Shown here one piece after another: positions 11,605 to 24,638 of a DNA stretch of 49,534 nucleotides (position 1 is its first letter; every line of letters begins with the position of its first letter). This DNA comes from Catajapyx aquilonaris (taxonomy: Eukaryota), in contig JYFJ02002920.1 of assembly GCA_000934665.2 (NCBI GenBank), positions 1 through 49,534 of the forward strand, written 5' to 3'. A model generated the notes under the pieces. It had not been told where the DNA came from. It saw nothing but the letters and a program-made list of their open reading frames with translations, and searched no databases. Both the position numbers and the translations under genes were made by a program.

Positions 11605-14600
11605 GTGGTATATCCTGACATCTAGTTGCGGTCGGCTCAAATAGTAGTTCAGACCCCGGCCGTCACTTGGCGTCAGGAGCTGTTACCCTCTCTACACTTC
11701 ATTCCGGCATGGCGAGGAAAATGGAATGGGCGTTCAGACGACCAGGGGCCGACCCAGGGGTCAACCTAGGGGCGAGCAGAGGGCACAGAGTGACTACATA
11801 CACAGTCAAAAAGTCAGTACACACTTTGTTCACATTTGCAAGCATTTAATACATTGTAATATGTTCTAATTCTTCTTCTTTTTCCCCTCATTTTGCATTT
11901 CTGTTGATGAAAATGGAACTGACGTCGTGGAAGGGCCACTCAAACCATATGTCTTGTAATTCAGGTACAAAAGCACCGGAATGTTCCACCAGCTAATATG
12001 GTAATGCGAAAAGTGGCGAAATAATGTTGCACACACAAAATTTGTTCTGAAAGGCATAGTAATAGGTTGAAACATATTTTAAGTGTGCATTTTAACAATA
12101 ATTATTCCACAATTAGCCCGAGATCATCACTCACATCAGTCGCATTGTAACATGATGGTACCATGAAGCACTGGTTATCTGCACTGGCTTCCTCTGGCAT
12201 TCATTGTTCAAGATTGTCGTGCTAGTTCATGTTTTTCTTCATGTGGGTTTTTACACAGTCAAAAAGGCAATACAGAGTCCAAGATTTTTAAGACACCGTT
12301 TGTACAAGCTTGCAAGCGTCGTCCTTATGAGTTCTCGATCAACGCTGTTTTCTCGTTCAAGCCTTACTGAATGAGTATGGTCGGCTTGTGTTATTGTTTT
12401 GGAGCGCGTGGATTCCAGTGGTAGTCACATATTGCGTTTGATTTTTACTGTAATTTACTACTGTATTGATGTTTTTAAGAATAACCAGACATGTGCACTG
12501 CATGTATAAGATTTCTTGCACCATTGTTTTAGTAACATGGTGTAGATGTAGCAGTTTATTTTCTGCCCTAGAATAATTTTGGACAGTACCCCTACTCCTT
12601 TCCTATGTCATGATTTGACAATTGTAGTAAACTTTGATCAGTATTGGTACACATTGATACTCATTTAACTTATGATACCAAATTGGCTTTTTATTACATT
12701 TTGTGTGGAAGTGTCCTAATTACCATGTAAAAAATTAATACTGAAAAGGCTCTGACTGTATGTGTGAGTGTGAAATTTATGGTAATGGAATGGTTAGGAA
12801 TTTCACAAGCTGTAATGTTGCTCGTTGGTAGCAGTGTCTCTTAATTTACTACTGCAATATTTATTGGAGTTTGGTTCCTGCTATGCGGCCTTCCACATTA
12901 AGAGTTACCCAACCACAGTGTTCCATTCTTCCAACATTTGCTGGTTGTTATGTTATTACTCTCACTTCTCTATAATGGACACTGCTTGGTAAAAGCATAT
13001 CCAGTATAACCTTCTGTTTTTAAACAAGTGTTGCTTAATCTTGCTGATTTGCCCTACTATGCAATGAATTTCGCTTATGACCTATTCAGGGAATATTTCA
13101 TTCACAAAATCTACTCTGAAAGGCAAAGTCATCGATTTAAACAGATCATAAATATGCATTTCAATGTGCTGGTACTGCCCACTATCCTGACTATCCTGAC
13201 GTAGTTCTCCAGTCATCAAGGTGTAGTTGATTCATCCATTGAAAAATTATGTAGCAAGATTTTCACATCATAAGCTTCTCTGGATGTAACAAAAGCTTCA
13301 CATTGAGGCCTCTTCATCATGAAGTGAACCCTTAAATCTTTTAATGACAATTTTTCACAATCAGAGACTTGCACAAGTAGTTGTGCTCATTATTTTCAAG
13401 GAAAGTGAGCAAGATGCCTATGTCGAGGTTTGTCCTACAGTAGCAATATGTACCTTTTCCACTTTATAATACACATTTGACAATGTGGAATATATGTTGT
13501 GTACTTTCCTTACGTATTCTGGTACATCTTGACTTCGATTCCACATTATTTTCTTGGTGGATCCAGGTGTGTCTTGTAAGGCTTACTTCGTCTTGCTATC
13601 TGCATCTGGAAGCGCTTATGGTCCTCCTCTTCATATTCCCACTACGTATTGTTTGGACATTAGGCAGGAAACATTAAAATAGATGTGTAGGCCATACACA
13701 CAGCTATTGTTTTTCTTTACATGTTGTAATGGGATGTCCATGTGTGTTTTGGGCTATATGCATGTTGCACATTATGTCTGGAATTTTGTCTGATTTAAAA
13801 TTAATCAAATGTACAGACACAGATCAACCGAAGTCATTACCAGTTGTACAATGCAATGCTTTTGCATTGTATTTCGTCCAGTCATTGCTTGAGTTAATGT
13901 TGTTTTACATAATCTGTACACACTGTGGTTTAAATGAGTAATGTAGTTACTCTACCATGGACTACAAGTAAAATCACAGTTGCCTTAACTGCACCAATTT
14001 CCATCCAACAATGAACACTGTTCATAAATGTGACTTGCTGTGTAATGGAAGTGCTATCTGAGGTTTTTCAAGTTCTACGAGGTCAATCATTTCAAAATTG
14101 TCCACTGACAACTGCTGACAACTGACATACTGATCAAGTTTATAATGAAACTCTGCATGTTGTATCATCTATTTATTCATATATTGCATATTGCTCAAGT
14201 TGAATGAAGTTTGCAACAGGCTGAAGGTTTTGGTCTATTTGGCAATATTACTGCTTGGTCATGCCTTTGGTTACCGGTGTGTTTTCATGATGGGTTGAAA
14301 GGCTAATGTAGATACAGACCTAATAAGACAATGCAGGTGGCATGGGAATAATGGGGTCTGGCGGACTGCCTCGAATGTACGGCAGTGTGGGCATAAATAG
14401 GCAACAAACAACGTGGTCGAAGTGTGTCACCATCTGTTCAACATTTGTATCTCCTAACAGCCAGATGACCACAGTTGCTTTGGCTTCATTTAAATTAAAA
14501 CTGACAACTTGGGGAGTGGTCAAGAACTTGTTAGACGAGTAGTTGGTTCTGTTTTGTTGGACTGGGCTGTTGCTGTATATATGCAAAAATGGCGCTGGAG

Positions 14601-17600
14601 GTCATATTATGTCTTCTCACTGAAGCTGAATCTGTCGCATTTTGCAGGTTGAACCATTCCTCTCTTGCCCTGACAAGTATGCCATTCTCACATGGGAAGA
14701 ATTCTCAAATAAGTTCAGACTTTAAATATATCTGAACTTATTATATGTCATGATTAAACAATATCTTGTGCTTAGACTATGAAATAAGCACTCTTGACGG
14801 CCTTTTATACATTTCAGAACCAGCTCGCAACATCGAAAACAACTGTCGTCAGCTGTGGTATTCATCTGCTCTTCTAGCATAGTCCTGCCAAAACATGAAT
14901 TCGGTTTATGACAATTGATAGGATTGGTCAGGCCTGATAAGGTTGATTGGCTCTGCTAAACTAGCAAGTACTGCTTTCCTTAGAATCAAAGAAGGTAACG
15001 ATTCGCAAGTACTGCTTGTTCCTCAGTGCTGGAATAAGAAATGGTCGCACTCCGTTATTCGTAGGGATCATCATTGCGTCATTGCGCTTACATGTTTCAT
15101 AAGGAAGCCATGACGTCACTTCTAGTTTACTTGTCTGAGAAGGACAGGCTTCAAAATATTCCCATAATTTCCAAACATGTCAGACCATAGTGTTTTAACT
15201 AAGCTTTAAATTTGTGGTGTAATTGATTTTACCATAAGATAGCTACTTATAAGGTGTTACTGTCGGAAATTGTCATTAAGGGGCTTTCCTCTCTTTGTCA
15301 TTGAAATTCGGTTGGTTTAACCTGGCTTGCATGGTAGTTTTGAATCCAACATTAAAATGTATTTTTCAAGTATTTCAAACATTATAAGGATACGATGCCT
15401 CAGATTGGGCATCTTTGTCTCTAGACGCTAAGTATGTTGAAAGTCATCTTCTCTCTTCGATGTCACCATCCAAGTTGTCAGGCGTAACAATTTTACATGG
15501 TAATATTCTTACTTGGACTCCTAGTGCTTCTTCAGTCGCCTGGCTGTCTCAGCTGATCCACTGCACCCCTAGGATAATCCTGGCATATTATAATGATATG
15601 GTAACGTCTCTACTTCTCTTTTCTGTCTTCTTCCGTATCGATAAGAGGGATACCTGGCTGGATATCAAGGAATGTTGTTGAAATCTACGAAAGGAATTCT
15701 GGCGAATAAGGAATATACTGTAAATTATGCCGTCTTACCATAGTGTCACAGTGTGTCCAAACAACCAGGTGAAATCCCTCCATATACGGCCTTCTTTGCA
15801 CATTTAAAGGTGTTCCTGCAACATATGCAACCGATGCTACTAACTGTCAATAATTATAATTGTCAGATATTGTCAAGGTAGACTCAAGGACAGTCTTTGT
15901 TAATTGCACTTTTTGTCAGGGATATGTTTCCCTAGAAGAATTCTCCGCCTTTAGAGACCAATAGACATAGTTCATGATGGAAGATAGGAATAACATAATA
16001 TTATAAACTTCATGTTACGTGATTATTGCAATTGCATGTTTTGCTAGTTTCTGGTACCCACAGCTGGGTACCTAGATCCACCCAATGTCCGAATATATGC
16101 AACGGGAGGCGGGTTTTCTAAGCACGAACATTATTATAAACATTTTGAATTTTCTTAGTGCAGCATTTCCTTCCATGAATAAAAAATATTTCTTAACCAT
16201 GCTATTTGGTGTCTGTGTGAATACCACCCGCCAAAACATTCTTGTTAAATGATAATCTAGAAAAGACACAAATCAGTCCTGCTTTGAGTGGTGGGCCAAG
16301 GCTGGCACGTACTCACTCTGGCTGGCATATGAGTGATCTTTTGGGAGACGCTCTTTGCCATGTGTACTTCCTCAAGGCATCACAGACCGAAGTCAAGTGA
16401 CTTTGACCTGAAGCAAAACTACCGTTCATAATCTGAACATCGTCTGATCTGCGATCACCTTAGTCGCTCTTGTCGGGGATGCTCGTTATGCTGCTCATTT
16501 GATATTAGCTAGGCACATTTTAAACGCTGTTGATAGTAACATTGATAAATTGATAGTTTTTGACCAGTTCTGTATTTTAATCTGGAGCACCTCTCAGTTT
16601 GTACCGGCACAGCATATCTTACAATAACATCATCATCAGAGTGATAATGTTCGGATATTACATCATTATTTGTGGCGCAACCATTCGTAGCTATTACTGA
16701 TGAGTTTCCAGCAGTAAAATATTTTTCATTTTCATGTCAGGATTATTATCTTGGCGCGATTGAATTATAAAAGGATGTTATATCGGATATTGTCAGTGCT
16801 TTTCCATTTTAGGTAATTCACTATTCAGTAGATGCAAAACACTAATGGACGATTGTGTCTTTGCATGTATCAAAATGAACATTGACAGTTCGGTAATGAT
16901 CACACAATTTATCGACTGTTTCAGCCTGCTTCCATTCTAGGCGTGGTTATGGGTGCAACATAATTTTTCAGGCAGTTAATGTACATTAGTACAATTTCTG
17001 GTATATTTAAACTGAGCAGTGTCAAAGGATGAGTACTTCAGCTGAATTGTTATTCCCCTCACTGCTTGTTGATGATGTAAATGAATTTTATGCATATTCT
17101 GATACATTGCTCATTATTAGAGATGGGTATGATTTTCACAATTTCCTCTTCCCCACAATTTGTGAGGGTCAGGGCCACGTCCTTCTACATCTTGTTGTTG
17201 TGAACCAAATCAGGAGGTAGTATGGGTCCTTTTGTTTTTAGGGTGGCAAGAGAACCGCAAGAGAAACGTTGATCCAACACTCGCCGGTACATACGGTGTC
17301 TTTGTCTGCATCTGTAGCATAAGAACTGATATTCGTAGCCTGTCACATTATTTTGGTGCATTTGAATTATAAAATGACATACTATTGTCGATATTGTCTG
17401 CTCGTCCGGTGCAGTTAATGCACTATTTCGTCCGTGAAAAACACTCCTGGATGATTGGATTGAAATGGTTTACCATAATCCTAGATCGAGCTCAAACTGC
17501 CCTATAGGTATGATTATTAAGGGTATTCCAATCTCCATAATTGGCAGCCACGGTCAGTATCAGTATGTATTGCATCTCATCATAAGTGTTTCTTGAGGAT

Positions 17601-20600
17601 ATATTTATTAAAATATGATGACATTGTTGGGGGTTACGTCATGCCTGGTATGCCTACATATTTTGTAAAGTGGGAAATGATAATGTGTCATATGAGAGTA
17701 AATGCACTTTATTTATTGCTGAGAACTCCGTCAATCTTGCCATTTCTCAATAATATAATTATTGTTGTCAGTTTCTTACTGTTGAGAATAGTTTTTAATG
17801 AAGAACAGTCAATTATTATTACTTACTCTTGTCAAGATTAGTCATAATTTATTGTTGGCGGGCTTATGTCTATTCCGTTGATTTAGTGGACTTTGTATTC
17901 CTCTCATGTGTTCAGTGAGTTAGCAGAATTTCTTCAGGTGACTTTTAGAATTGCTTTTCCATATACGCCATATCATGGCCAGCTGGCGGTCTCTGAATCA
18001 TAGTCATTTGAAAATGTATTTGTAGTTGGTAAACTGAACTTATCATTTTCCTCCCTGGTATATTTGGAGGAAGGAGAAAGGTGAAATCGGTCGTGTGTTG
18101 TGGTTGTTGCTTGTTGGAATAATTGTTTCGTTTAGTCACAAGGTTTGTCGTCACAGTGGCGACAAGTGAAAGGGGAAAAAGAGATACCAGTTTCTCTCTT
18201 CTGTCATTTTTCCACTGTGTCCAAGAACCAAGGTGAAATCCCTCCTTATATGTCCTTCTATGTCCTTCTGATTTTGATCCTTGTGCGCCGAAAGGTGCTT
18301 ACTATTTGTCGTATCCAATAGACTAATAGAGGATAGCTTATTTCCAACTATCTCCAGCACCTTCTATGGCAATACCAACTGACTGCGATTCATCACCTGT
18401 GTCCTTGTTTTAGAATCCAAACATCCAATGTTTGCAGGATGTTTGTGAATCCATTGCGTGACATGACGATTTGAAACTTTTTATCATGATTATTTGCAAT
18501 CCATTTCATATCAAAGAAGTAGACATCATGAGTAGTAATATGTTGCTGTTCTACCATAATTGGGATATCTTGAGTATGTATGATTGTATTAGTCTGTGTA
18601 TTTGAAATGAATGGACATAGTAGCATGATAGTCTGACTATTTTGTTATTCAAACGTATCTTATGTGTATGATGAGGTTACTTTTGACATTTCTGTCAGCA
18701 TACGCACTCAATGTCACAATCTGTTGGTCTGCAGCATTAAAGTTCATGTCTCAGTCGCAGTAAATATAAGACAGTGTCCTGCCACGAGACCATTATTTTG
18801 TTGGAATGTAACTCGTACACAGTCATCCTGTATATGACAGTATGAATAACCAGGAATAACCTCTTACTAATATCCCGAAAATACTGATACAATTCGGTGC
18901 CATTGTCATAATAGGCCTGCATAATAGGCCTGCAGACTGTGATCGGATGCTACATTGCAATGGTCGATTAACTTAACAATGGTGGAGTAGTGTTTATGCC
19001 TTTATGGTGATCTGCTGAGATGCATAATAATATAATAAATTATTACTATGCTACAAGAGAAATCCGCAAGCCTAATTACTATAGTTTTATGGAACATGAT
19101 GTGACCTTGGCGTTTGGTCCAGCTGCCTATAGATAGGCCTATATGCGGTACTTGCCAAGTAATGCTGTCAAGTTATTGGTTTCGTGCCTACGAGTATTAC
19201 GTGATCTTTGATGGAGTCTGTGATCTTTCCACTTATTCAGTGAATTCGCAGAATTTCTTCAGGTGACTTTCAGAATAATTGCTTACATTTTCGACAGGCC
19301 CATATCATGGCCAGGTCAATACTTCTGTGTCCCAACCAACCCACCAAGAGTACTGGAAGGAGGTTCAATGTTGCATTGACATTGACGTGAAATGCTGCTT
19401 ATACATTTTTTTTGTGAGTCATTATGAATCGTACTGTTAGAGGATTCACTCTGCTGTTTCTGGTTGGGTTGCTATTCGCCCAAGGGTAGCACAAAAGCAT
19501 ATCAAAAGTACAGCTTCATGAGTAGTATGATGTACTCATCAGTAATGTTCTTTCTGATCATCTGATCATCAGTTCCTTCCACTTGAGCAGTGATATGTGT
19601 GAAAAGTGAAGTTAATTTATCCCTTATATGGACATGTATTCCAATGTATTTCCTTTTGATGGGTTTGACTCAAGTTCATCGTCTTTCCATGTGATTCTGG
19701 TTCACCGATTACTCTGAATGAATATGAAATGGTCGCAAAATGTCCTAGGAGGATGTGGCTCCAGCACATCGAAGTATTCCGTCACTTTCGACATTGATTA
19801 CACTATAGCCATTGATCGTCAGTGTTAGGCAGCAGATATTACTCGTAGATTTTCATAATCATGATGGGTCTTGCTGGCAGCCTTTTAGATATGTTTTTGG
19901 CCATTTCCTGTAAATGCCGTCTTTATTCTATACTGTATGGTTTAGTTTGGAGATCTGGCAACATCTGTCACATTATTTTGGTGCCTTTGAATGATAAAAG
20001 AATATGCAGATATTGTCAGTGCTGTACCAGTGCAACGTTTCGTAGTGGAAAACATTCCCTGGGTGATGGTGTATACATTCCTTCGTGTAACAAAAGTAAC
20101 AATAACTGTTTACTATTAAATAAAGTTGCAATAATTATTAGCAATAATGTTATAAAAATGGCAGGATTATTATTCGCTTAATGACTTATCAATTTCTTCA
20201 TGTCTCTTTTGTAATATGAGTGCTACAGCAGCAGTTTCTGGAAAAAAAGAGTAAACAAATACAATGGACTCTCTTGTACAAGTAGTTAAACGATACTTTC
20301 CTATGTGAAATAAGACCAGGATATATCTACGCCAGATCAAACTAGTGGATTATGATATAAGCACATTGCCTAAATAGCCTAGTTAGGTGGTGTTTCGCTG
20401 GAGTGTGTCCTAGATTGTGCTCTCTCCGACTTTTAGTCATCTGTAGTCTTATATCCTCTGATTCTGCAAATTCGGCTTAGGGCAGAGTCATTGAGGGTGT
20501 ACAAGTATAAGTGAAACTCTCCCTTCTCGCCGAATATAAATGTAGTTTTAAGCTTCTCAGAGTCAGTCGTGACTTGTACTCGATACTGGCAATGAAGACT

Positions 20601-23600
20601 GTGCCCGACCGCACCAATATAGGCTCACATAATTCCTAATCACATAAATAATGTCGCATGAAATAATTCTGTTCAGTGCTCCATTAGCCTTTTGTTGAAA
20701 TATTGTAAGGCCTGGAAAAGTTTTATTACATGACAGAGTTCACAGGTTATCGAAAAGAGGAATATAGCCTACTAATTGTGCCATACCATTTTTGTTCCCT
20801 GGCAATTTTATAGGCCACATAAGCCATATCATGGCCAGCTGGCAGTCTCTGAAGCCGATTCATTTGAAAATGTATTGGTAGTTGGGAAACTTAAGTGATA
20901 ATTTTCCTCCCTAATGTAAGTTATGGAAGACGGACTCAGGCAAAATGTGTCTTATAGAAGTGGTTAGGGTATGTTTTGGTAGGTGTCTCATACAAGGCTT
21001 GTCGTCATTGGTGATAAGTTAGTGACAACTCTTTGTCATTGTCACCGGATTGTGCTGAAGATGACTGTGTTGCAGAAGAAAACTGCGTACCGGTACCTCT
21101 TTCTCCATTTCACAATAGGCCTGTTATCAATTCAGCTAGAGGGTCGTATTATAACCTTACTGCGCAGTTTCAGTGTGAGCCTCTACAATAATAATTATAT
21201 TAGGTGGATAACTGGCATAGTTCTTCAGTATCTCGACCAGATTCATGGGTAACGACTTGACTAGAAACGTGAAGTGAATACCTTCGAGGAGCACTATGAC
21301 TTTCCAATCATGAATTCGGACTATCTTCCTGCGCGCGGGGACGTCCAAAGGAGACATCGAAAATAACGTCCTAAGACCGTCTCTACTCGCCTTGAAATAG
21401 CTGTACTTTGAGACGGTAGTTGGCAAGGACAGCAGACTCATATTACGAGTAATTACTGGATTGAGGAGCAGTAGCATCCGGCAGACGCTGTGATAGGTTT
21501 GTGGCATATATGGCATTGCGCATGATCATTCAAAAACCAGACAATTTAACAGTTGAAACAATGTGATCCGTCGCCAGCGAGCTTCCTTAAAAAATTTCTT
21601 GCTTATGGTTGACTTAACTTGGAGAGATCTTTCAGTAAAGCATCAATATGTTTGACAAAATCATTTTAAAAAAAGGTGTCCATGTAAATAATTTTCGAAT
21701 GTGAAGACCAAGAAGGCCGACCAGAATGTTCAGCACATTTTGTCGTTTCAGGCCATCTCATGTCAGCAACAGAATCCCTAACCTTGTCGAAGGACAGGGG
21801 CTTCAGAATTAAGAGAACTTATCGACTTATCTGAGACCATAGGATGGCCAATCTCTGATGACTGTTTCACCAAAATGACATATAATCTCTGCAAAGTGAC
21901 AGATTATTTTGGATTAGCAGTATCCCCAAAAGGTGCCTTTTATTCCTTATAATTAAACCTGTGTTTATTATGCTTCGCTCATTAATTTGCACACGGTGCA
22001 TAATTATGATTAGCGTGGCTCGAATATGGACATGTATTCCAACGTATTACCTTTTGATGGGTTTGACTCAAGTTCATCGTCTTTCCATGTGACTTTGTTG
22101 CATGCCATATCGCTCAAGACAATTATTTCTTGTGATGTGTCAGTGTCAGTGATGACTTTCATGGTCCATAGTCGGATGAAATGGTCGCAAAATGTCCTAA
22201 TTGGCGGCATCCACTCCAGCACATCGCAGTATTCCGTCATTCCGGGTAAGCCCCCTTATACATACATATACTATGTCTTGCTGATCAGTGAGTCGGAAGA
22301 AGACTGGTGTTCAGGTTAGATCCTGGTGGAGCCGGTCTGCTTGGCTATTTCAGCACAAGATGAGGTTGACCTCACCAACAATATTTTCATAATGGCTGAA
22401 TCTCTTCCTTGACTCAGCCCTGAAGGAGACCCAGGTCATGTTGTATTCCTTATATGCATTGATTGAAGTAAAATTGATGAAGTAAAATGTCACTTATTCT
22501 CATTCTTGTGAAGTAATGGTTTCAAATATATCATTGTTAAAAGTCACATTTTAGTCACAAATGGTAGTACAGCATGCTGATGCATAATTTCTGATCATGT
22601 TCACATGCCTCTTCCTAGAAGAAATTGTGTTCTTCCAAGGTGTCCTGTGAGTTCGTTGAATTTTTTTCTGGCACACTAAATCTGTCTATATAGGTTTTGT
22701 CGGTCTGCGGATGATAATGGTGAATACGTTGACGCAAAAAGAAATTCATGTGGAATTGTGCTCGTCTGATGTTAAGCATTAGCTCATATAAGGATCGGTT
22801 CTTTTAAATCTCTCAGGGGTTTGATATTTTCCATTTCTTGTATTTACAGTCTCACAATCTGAGATAGAAGAGTACCGCTTTGCAGCTCATGCCCAACTTC
22901 AATAAAAGAGAGGCTCATTCAAAAATGTCATTTATAGGGGCTGGAGAGAGTCAAAGACAGTCTTTCCTCTAGATCACAATGAGCCTTGGTCGATTATTTG
23001 GAGGAAAGGGTGGCTTTTGGTCCAGCTGCTTAGATTTATGCACAGTGAAAGTGCCACGTGATCTATAATCTGGTTATATTTATACTAGATCGAGCTAGTG
23101 GATTCTGGGATGTGGCCTTCGCCTAAAATGCATTTGTTTTTGCATTTCAGTCATCATACCGGATGTTTTTGGAAGCTTAATCTTCAACTGTACTTATTGC
23201 TACTGTCATTGTTGGACTTATTTATACCTGTGTTTGCGAGTAGGCCTAAGTCGTTGGGGATATTTGAATAACCTTGTTTCACGATTACGTGTATCATTAG
23301 CTGCACTTGTTGGTGCCCAGTGTCCTTTCTTGCGCGAAGCTGTATTTATAGACTTGTTTGTTGTTTGTAGCATATTGCCGGAGTAGCAGATGAAACTGTA
23401 TGATTATTCAAAAAGGAGAGATCAATATATTGATACAATGTGAGCTATTGCCAGCAAGAGTAGTTTTGGTCTTCCTTGACAAATAGCCCCTTGTTTCTTG
23501 CCTATAGTTGACTTGACTGGGAGAGAGCTTGTCCTATGCCATCTGATTTTCTGCTTGGTGATGACCAGGGCCACCAGTTTATGTCCTTGTTGCAGTGAAT

Positions 23601-24549
23601 GATGGACATTGTACTTCCCTTCGCAAAAATAATTGCGCGGGTTGTAGTGGGCGAGCTTTCTCTTCATCAGTCAGTGACAAGCCATCAGTGATCCGGTTGC
23701 TTGTAATGGGCACAGCGTAATTTGGGAGTCTTGGAGGGCAATATCTCACCACTATTCTACAAGTAGTTCCCTTCAGAAAGCTTCAATTGACCATGGGTTC
23801 ATATGTTCTGCCTCATCATGAGGGTTGAAATTCTTAGCCAGACAAGGAAGGAGGCAAACACAAAACATGAAGATGCTTTATTTGTGATTCACCATAACCG
23901 TATTTAATATCGGATGGCTTTGGTGACGTCTTTAGCTGAACTGTCTGTACTTGTTGGATCACTGTCTTGGAACATATTGACTTCAGACAGTCGAAATTAG
24001 ATGTACATATACAGAGTGGCATTTACTTTGGCACTTCGATGGTCATAATTATATCTTGTTATATCCAATGTGATGTACATATGCATTTTTAGCCTTGCCC
24101 GAAGTAAATGATGGACAGTGTTCTTCACTCATGTGAGAGTAGGTACATAGTTGGGGACATTTCAACAACCTTGACTGGATTGACGAGCAGTATTATCCGG
24201 CCGACGCAGTATTTCGAAAGGCTGTAGCAGACAATTGCGCATGATTATTTAAACACCAGACAATCACACAATTGATACAATGTGATCCGTGGTCGCGATC
24301 TGTTCCACAACCATCCTGAATATTTTTCCTGCACCTACTAAGCAATGTCTCATTTAGTCTTAGTGGCTGTTTCCTTCCTCACGTCTGATCCCTTTTCGTG
24401 GACGTCTTTGCAATGACCTATGTGTTCATATTAATATTATGCAGCAATCTGCTGACAGCACATCCAGTGAGTGAACCTTCAGGGTGAGTCTCTATAGTGG
24501 AATAGCTCGAATAGTTCTCCAGTAGCTTGCCCAGATTCATGGGTAACGT

Positions 24550-24638
24550 CGTCACTAGAGATATTTATTTATTTATTTATATTTGGTACCCCCTTGAGTC
24601 CTAATGGTCAATGTAGGGGGGGACGTCACTAGAGATAT
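24550..24638 (-). mobile_element. Severely 5'-truncated non-LTR retroelement insertion (59 bp) with 15-bp target-site duplication
   Basis: cgtcactagagatat at 24550-24564 and 24624-24638 flanks a segment with a (TAAA)n tail on the minus strand; the paralogous module at 21237 has no insert. Confidence 0.85.
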
